A stretch of DNA of 64,000 bases from Ascidiella aspersa (taxonomy: Eukaryota): assembly GCA_963924565.1 (NCBI GenBank), contig OZ004607.1:32550001-32614000 (forward strand), written 5' to 3'. The position numbers and the translations under genes are program-made. Of this stretch, positions 58,001 through 64,000 are shown one piece after another. Positions within the stretch are counted from its first letter, which is position 1. Each line of letters opens with the position of its first letter. The notes under the pieces were generated by a model. That model worked only from the letters and a program-made list of their open reading frames with translations. It had not been told where the DNA came from and searched no databases.

Positions 58001-60022
58001 ATGGTGGTTTCCGAGGCGGGATCCAACTTCAGCGTGGGTCAGCGTCAGCTACTTTGTTTGGCCCGAGCCATTCTGAGGCAGAACAAAATCCTGGTAATCG
58101 ACGAAGCAACGGCCAACGTCGATTTGAGGTACGGTTACATTTACAGAAAAAACCTTTACAGAAAAAAAATCGTATTATATTTTTGTATGTTGCTATTTAG
58201 TAAAATTGTTTTAGCACAACGGCACCGTGTGCCTCATCGTATCCTCTAAAATGATAGTTTTCGCAACTTAAACGATGTAACATTGGTTAAATTGTTTTAC
58301 CTCCAAAGCTGTGTGTCTAATCGCACCCTCTAAAATGAAAGTTTTTGCAACCTAAACGACGTAAAGGAGTTTTTCGCTTTGTGCGATAACATCTTTGTAA
58401 TACATATTTTGCATTTAAAGTAACACCTCTCCAACCTACACCTCAACCTAAAACTTAATTAACAAATTGTGCAGTGTTCTTAAGGTTATGATGCCACGTT
58501 TAGATTTAACTTTGTGACGTCACGCTATGACGTAACTTTGTGACGCCATCTCTGGTCGCTCTCCAAACAAAAATCTTAGATTCGCGCCTGGTCGTGGATG
58601 TTTAAACACTAAAGTTTCACAGACAATAGCAATTTTAAGTCACATTTTTGTAAAAAAGGTCGACATCCACTGGAATAAACCGTGGTCAACAATCTGGCTA
58701 GCTGTTCGAAAACCAGATGCCACCGATTCGTAACTTCTTAGTAAATGATTTTATGTTTCTAGAACTGACGAACTGGTTCAAAAGACGATACGTGAAACGT
58801 TCGAAGAATGCACGGTAGTGACGGTTGCCCATCGTGTTGAGACGATCGTACACTGCAACCGTGTCATGGTAATGAGCAAACTATGTTTTTGAAATCGCAT
58901 ATTAGTATTAAGGTGTATTGACCATTTTTGAAAGTTAATAATATTTTTTCCAATCCGTTTTGCGCTGCTTAGTCAAGCTGACTGGTATTTCCCGCCCGGG
59001 CCTCCATGTGGTTTGTCTGTGTAATACATATTCCTCTACATTTTACCACAAATCTTTGTCAAACGAATCCCTGATTTCACTTCGCACTTAAGGTCGTAGA
59101 AAAACAATATTCGGAATGCTTAAAGGTTTAAGCCATTTAAAACGATGTTTGCAGTTTTACTTAAGAGTCGATTTTCAATATTGCAAAATAATTACCTTTT
59201 TTATTTGAGCACTCCGGATTTAAAAAAATCTTAAATCGTTGGATTTTCCGCAATTGTTTGATCAAATTTACATAAACCAGATGGCAGCCCTGCGACAATA
59301 GAAATACACTCGGTTTTCTTTAATTGATTAAGGTGGTGGACGAAGGCGATATATCGGAATTGGGAAAACCCGAAAAATTGCTTTCTGATCCGGAAAGTGC
59401 CTTCAGTAAAATGGTCAACGCAACGGGTGGAAATAGAGGAAAAGCACTGCGAGAGAAAGCTCACAGGTATTTTTGGTGTTCTATTCCTCTTTCTTAATTT
59501 TGCTATTTTGTACGTTATGTATTTTTAATTCGGTAAGTTATGATTTACAGTGTTGTAGTGTCTTTAGTTATTGTTTTAAAATGACTTGACTTGACTTAAG
59601 TATTTTAGATGAAATTACTTGAATCGATTTAATTTTTTCGGATAATGACTTCGGCTAAAATAAGGTGGGTTGTTATTTAAGTTTTGTACATAAAACAATT
59701 TGCTTGTCATGTTGCGTTTTGTGTTATTCTTTGTTAAGTTACGGACAAGTATACCAATTGTAATAGTTTGACGTTAAGTTTTGATGACAAAGACTTGACT
59801 TGAAATTGAATTATGACTTGACTGGGACTTGACTTTGTGTTTATTCAAAATGACTTGACTTGGAGTTAAGTTTATTTACAAATGACTTGACTGGGACTAC
59901 AGTGATTTCAAAACGACATGTTAACAGCAGTGATATAGGCTAATTTATAATCTTGTTGATTAATAAAAAAATATTGTATTTTGTTTTTGTTCTACAGATA
60001 TACGTTGAACGGCGTGAATTAA
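43018..60022 (+). CDS. ABCC4: ABC transporter subfamily C, short MRP type (ABCC4/MRP4-like), 30 coding exons, about 1327 aa
   Basis: Frame-consistent exons: 43018-43088, 43697-43807, 44412-44532, 45037-45249, 45914-46003, 47050-47213, 47438-47563, 48006-48144, 48639-48749, 49203-49355, 49838-49939, 50295-50486, 50989-51201, 51290-51358, 51510-51612, 51817-51896, 52404-52573, 52956-53113, 53523-53669, 53732-53811, 54184-54334, 54400-54519, 55482-55699, 56311-56505, 56859-57017, 57402-57491, 57956-58128, 58763-58868, 59333-59466, 59998-60022. N-terminus [19 protein letters not shown] with no TMD0. NBD1 has GPVASGKS, LSGGQ and IYLLDD. NBD2 has [19 protein letters not shown] and AHR. Confidence 0.93.
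43339..43634. mobile_element. hAT MITE, same family as 7833-8117 in the opposite orientation
   Basis: Ends CAGCCGTTCCCAAACT and AGTTTGGGAATCACTT. TSD AATTATAT / AGTTATAT. Internal CGCGGCACAC motifs. Confidence 0.7.
46086..46477. mobile_element. hAT (Charlie-like) MITE
   Basis: Perfect 15-bp TIR CAGTGGTTCTCAACC / GGTTGAGAACCACTG. Exact TSD GTCTATAA. Confidence 0.9.
49424..49603. mobile_element. Palindromic MITE, possibly Tc1/mariner type
   Basis: TAGTAAGAATATCAAAGCCCATACAGAGGTAG...TTCGAATATC pairs with GATATTCGAA...CTTACTTCTGTATGGGCTTTGACATTCTTACTA over about 65-bp arms. The TSD is unclear. Confidence 0.7.
50510..50660. mobile_element. Partial CAAGT-repeat hAT-like element
   Basis: Starts CAGTGTTGCAAACAAGTCA and continues as a dense (C)AAGTC array homologous to 55788-56297. 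Confidence 0.6.
54556..54890. mobile_element. hAT (Charlie-like) MITE
   Basis: TIR CAGTGGTTCTCAACC / GGTTGAGAATCACTG. Flanks GCTTAAAACT and GCTTAAACT. Confidence 0.75.
55117..55394. mobile_element. hAT (Charlie-like) MITE, related to 54556-54890 and inverted
   Basis: Ends CAGTGTTTCGCAACC and CGCGGCACCCCAGTTGAGAACCACTG. Confidence 0.65.
55788..56297. mobile_element. CAAGT-repeat hAT-like element, near full length
   Basis: Ends TAGTGCTGTAAACAAGTCA and AAGTCATTGCAACACTG, with subterminal CAAGT/GACTT arrays at both ends. Confidence 0.7.
58241..58364. repeat. Diverged 40-bp direct repeat
   Basis: CCTCTAAAATGATAGTTTTCGCAACTTAAACGATGTAA versus CCTCTAAAATGAAAGTTTTTGCAACCTAAACGACGTAA, about 84 bp apart. 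Confidence 0.65.
59548..59932. mobile_element. CAAGT-repeat hAT-like element in the reverse orientation
   Basis: Starts CAGTGTTGTAG, has GACTT-GACTT arrays including GACTTGACTGGGACTTGAC (reverse complement of the 50.6-kb and 55.85-kb motifs), and ends TTAACAGCAGTG. Confidence 0.65.
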
Positions 60023-61618
60023 CACGAAATCGTCATCGTTATGTGTTGTTGAGAGTGAAGTGAATTACCTGTATGCATCTTTATTAATCTCTTTACCTCA
60101 TAAAAGCAAAATAGCGAAAAACGTGCGACGCATTATATGCAGTATTACTAAAATCGTCTAATCAACATGGCTTCCAAGCACAAATCATGTTAAAAATGTA
60201 GGTAGCACTGAAAAAAAATCCCTTTTCTTTTGTTCCTGTAGTGTCTGTACGTGGTGTCGATCAACTGTTACCTCGCCAATGTTGTATTATTTTTTGATAT
60301 GAAACCTGCGCAGTATTTAAGTCCTCTTACACACAATGATTGAATCGTACTAGATATAACGTCATTCACATGGCCACCTCGCTTGTTTTCTTATCCTATT
60401 TTCGGATTATTGTATACCATTGTGTCGTATACACCAAGCGGTAAATATTTGCTGGAAAATATGAGTATAAGTTTTTATTTTTGTTCCTCATTTTGTTTTT
60501 CATTGTTTTTGTTTTTTGAAATTAGGTAAGTTCCACTTCGCCCTATATTAGTGCTCCTCAATCTTTTTCACATGCTAAAGGCTAACAGAGCTGAAAAAGT
60601 CGGCGGCACAACTACAAAGTATATGTCAATCGATAATTTACCACATAAGCAGGTATTCGAGGCACCCAAGAGCAAAATGAAAGTTTCATTATAAAATGCG
60701 TCGAAGGCGCCAAAAACTAAGTATTGTATTCCTTTTTATGTAGAACGTACGGTCTTCCTGAAATATGTTGACTCAGTCAAGGTCCCGTAATATCGGCTTT
60801 AAAAAGTTTTAAATATTATGTAAAGTTCTGAAGAAGTTTCAACTAATTTGTTCCTCGCATGTGGAAATCAGTTTCGCCAAGCTCAGAGCCCAGATTTCCA
60901 TTCACAATGTTTTGTGTCAACTAACATGTTTGTTTATAATCATGCTTGCAATGGAATGTTGTGAACCAATGCCATGTACTACATACGCTATTTATTATCA
61001 ATTTGAATGCTTGTATATTAATTAGTTTCCCTGGTCGTGTTTTGTACTTTTCGTTCATTGTGTATTCACCACCTTATGGTACAATAGCATTAAACAACCG
61101 AACAAGCTATGTAAGAAACGCATTGAAGTCCTGTCGGCGCCATTGTGGCGCGCCGCAACGGGCTCTGTAAGCTACAATATATTATAAAAAAATGTTTGAA
61201 CATGTTATAAAGAGTTAAAAAGTTTTGTGAATGTTTATAGTAGCTGGAAACTGTCGCAAAGGATGACCAAGCCGTTGGTCTTCTAAAAATCCTTAAGTAA
61301 CAGCTCTACATTATCGAAGGCTTAAGATGTCCTGTATCCATATAATGCAGAAATAGTTGCCAAGGTCACTTAGTTGTTCAGATAGCAACATGTATTTCCC
61401 AAATAATTTGGGCAAAATCATCATGTATTTCATCTTTTTTTTTCTTGATTTGGTGACTTGTCTCAACCATACCTCAGTTAAAGATTAAGAAAAGTAGACA
61501 AAGCTTGTGCTTTTTTATTTATTCATTGGGCGCAAAACAAACGGCGAATAACAAACATTGGGAAGAACCGCAACGTTTGCGGTTGCACGCTTATGCTAGG
61601 AATAATAAAATAAATGTA

Positions 61619-63942
61619 TCAATGAAAGATTCGCATCGGTTTTAAGAATCGGATCCGGTGAATGAACAGGAGGACCACCGCAATGCCAAGGCAAGTGAGG
61701 AGAATCGCCAGAACGGTAACAACCGATAAAGTGGTCTTATCTAAGAATACAAATCAGAATCCCTTGCATATTATACTTTAGCAAGCTATATTTTATAGCA
61801 AGTTGTCAGTGGGCTCAACTTACCATAACCTGCGGGCTTATTCAAAGTAGGATATCGAAGTGGAGTTTTGTTGAAAAGACCGTCTGTTTTGGTGACGTTG
61901 GAACGCGGTATGACGTCAATGATTGCGTCATCGGCGAGGAAGGCAACTTGTTCTTGGCCAATTTTACCATCGATTAGGAAGATGGGTCCGATCGTGATGG
62001 GTTCTGCGTTCACTGAAGAAATGGATCGACGTTTACGTGAAGCACAAGCCGGAACCGTGTTTCCATCAGGACAAGTCTGTAATTCAAGATTTGAGTTGAA
62101 TCTGAAGACTTTTCGGCTCAAGACCAGGTTGCACTTGCCTTTGTTACCCTTTGGAGACACATCTTCAAGTGTATGTGGATGAAGATTTCGCTGCACACTT
62201 TACTGCGAGGAAGTCTGAATGACATGCAGAGGTGCTTCGGTGAAGCTGGACTTCCCAGCTGCGCCAACAATGCTGTTCCGTGCTCCGTCGGGCATCTATA
62301 AATCAAAATACGCAAATTGGCCTAATTAGCTGTAGCCTATAGTAGAGCTGTGTCAACGTTCTAACCCATCTTTAATAAGATCGAAAGATTGAGTTTGCAG
62401 GGGTTGGACATCCAGTGAATCGGAGCAGGACACGATGGAATGCAAGAGAGTGGCTGTGCCTTCGTTCACCTGTGAAAAAAAAAACATCACGGCCTTTTGT
62501 CATAAAAAAGTAACGTCCGGTATTGAAATATTAAGCTGAATGCAAAATAAACATCATTGCGAGTTTCCCACATTTTATGCTATTATAAAAAAACGCACAC
62601 TTACAAATAACCTCTTCCTACTTATCCTAGCTCGACACATTTAGTAGCCAAAGACCGCCCCAGCCAACAGTTATGCACAAGCTCCATAATAATTACCTTG
62701 GACGAACGGCTGGTGACGTCGAATCCGAAGTGGATGATCTGACCCACAGTGAAGACTGCGGACTTCTGGACAGCGAACTGCTGGGGACAGGGCTCGCCAC
62801 AGGTGGACACCTTGCAAATGCTCGGGGTCACGTCGTATTGGATATTTCCGAAAACTAGTCCGTGAACAGGCGCAACGCTAAATCAAGATATTATTGATGA
62901 ATTCACTTTTTATTTAACCAAGTGATGAATGAAGATAAATTATGATAGATTCATTGAATAAGGAAACCGAACATGTTAAAATGACAGCCAAAGATATGTT
63001 TATATTGGTATAGATGCCAACTCACGTTGGCTTGAGCGAGGTGTAGATCACGTACTCGTCGTTGTACTTGCACTGCAATCGGACGACGGGGAAGGGCATG
63101 TCGTAACCACTGCCCTGACCAAAGTTCTTGTTGAGCCAAACCTCGTTTGTGAAGACAACCATGTCGCCTCCGTCCAGGCCGCGTTCAGTTCCAACAGTTG
63201 TTCCGCACTGGGTGAAAGGATGGGAGACCGCGATGCGATATGAGCCGTCGACAAGCCGAGCTGGATAAAGAAGAAGTGTACGACATAAATACAAGTTGTG
63301 AGTTAAATTAAAGTAGGCTAAATAGCCATTTGGACTTGCCAACGCTGTCGACAAGTTGGGCTAACCACAAACAGAATCACATAACATGTGTGAAAGAACT
63401 GTACAAAAATTAATTACTTCAAATATAAACTCAAAAAAACTCAGCTAAGCCTTTCGTTGACTAACTAAGAAAAAGGATTCATATTTTACTTCAAACGTCT
63501 TATCTGTATGCGCAATGTAGTTGGTGCCTCTTATTGCTAATTTACTTTGAAAATGCACGGATGGTCGAATGACCTACACTGGCATTGTGTCGTTGATCTG
63601 CCAACACCGTCGACCGAGGGTGACATGAAGAGGATGCTGTTCCGTTGATCTGCGTCAAACTCGTTGTAGAAGCGCGGTGATACTTCGACCACGATCTCAT
63701 CTGCAGAGCATCTTATTTCTGGTATAGCTGGAAAATAACACTTTCATTTGGTAAATCTGTTAGCGTTACAGTTGGCGTTCTAAAAGTTCGTCAACTTACG
63801 AATATCGCAATGTCTCCCAAGAAAGCCTCGATTTGTGACGCACACATATCCTCCTTCGTGTTTGCACGACGGTGTACATCTGCAGTCGCCCTGGCAGGGG
63901 TCGGGCTCGCAAACAGCGGACGGTGGTTCAACCCGGGTGCAT
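61619..63942 (-). CDS. EGF-like + ZP-domain membrane protein (uromodulin/OIT3/vitelline-coat-like), 3' part; the gene continues beyond the right edge
   Basis: Frame-consistent exons: 63942-63800 (EGF-like CEPDPCQGDCRCTPSCKHEGGYVCVTNRGFLGRHC), 63727-63578 (PEIRCSADEIVVEV), 63260-63026 (FTQCGT...VFTNEV...LQCKY), 62877-62697, 62469-62366 (FDLIKDG), 62295-62148 (CP...IFIHIHLKMC), 62076-61824 (furin site RKRRS, hydrophobic patch ITIGPIFL), 61740-61619 (TM VVTVLAILLTCLGIAVVLLFI, then stop). Confidence 0.88.
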
Positions 63943-64000
63943 CTGAAAAGTGTTAAACATTGTATTGTAGAACAGGCGCAAACATAGAACGTTGTAGTAG

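Noticed and set aside
62077-62196. Apparent long open frame across 62147-62077 suggesting a frameshift or exitron in the ZP gene
   Set aside because: A normal 71-nt GT-AG intron (62147-62077) joins the two frames correctly.

Overview
AT-rich, intron-containing animal genomic DNA. The compact gene spacing, vertebrate-like ABCC4 exon structure, EGF-ZP gene and operon-like gene pair suggest an ascidian/tunicate (inference). Genes from left to right: the 5' part of a class A GPCR (minus, runs off the left edge); a 21-exon C2CD2/C2CD2L (TMEM24)-like TM-SMP-C2-polybasic gene (minus, 5628-26072); an intronless RNA polymerase I second-largest subunit POLR1B (minus, 26418-29849) that stops only 345 bp before the C2CD2L-like start; a divergently transcribed BTBD9 with an intronless CDS (plus, 36056-37951); tRNA-Ile(AAT) and tRNA-Phe(GAA); a 30-exon ABCC4/MRP4-like transporter (plus, 43018-60022); and the 3' part of an EGF-ZP-furin site-TM gene (minus, runs off the right edge). 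Introns and intergenic DNA hold many non-autonomous DNA transposons (hAT/Buster, Harbinger-like, Merlin-like, a 745-bp foldback), many with readable TIRs and TSDs. The most notable signals are a probable POLR1B-C2CD2L trans-spliced operon junction, two adjacent intronless housekeeping genes, and palindromic MITEs built from degenerate TTAGGG repeats that bracket a tRNA gene. I found no clearly new protein system. All gene models were built by hand from GT-AG sites and frame continuity, and no database searches were run.
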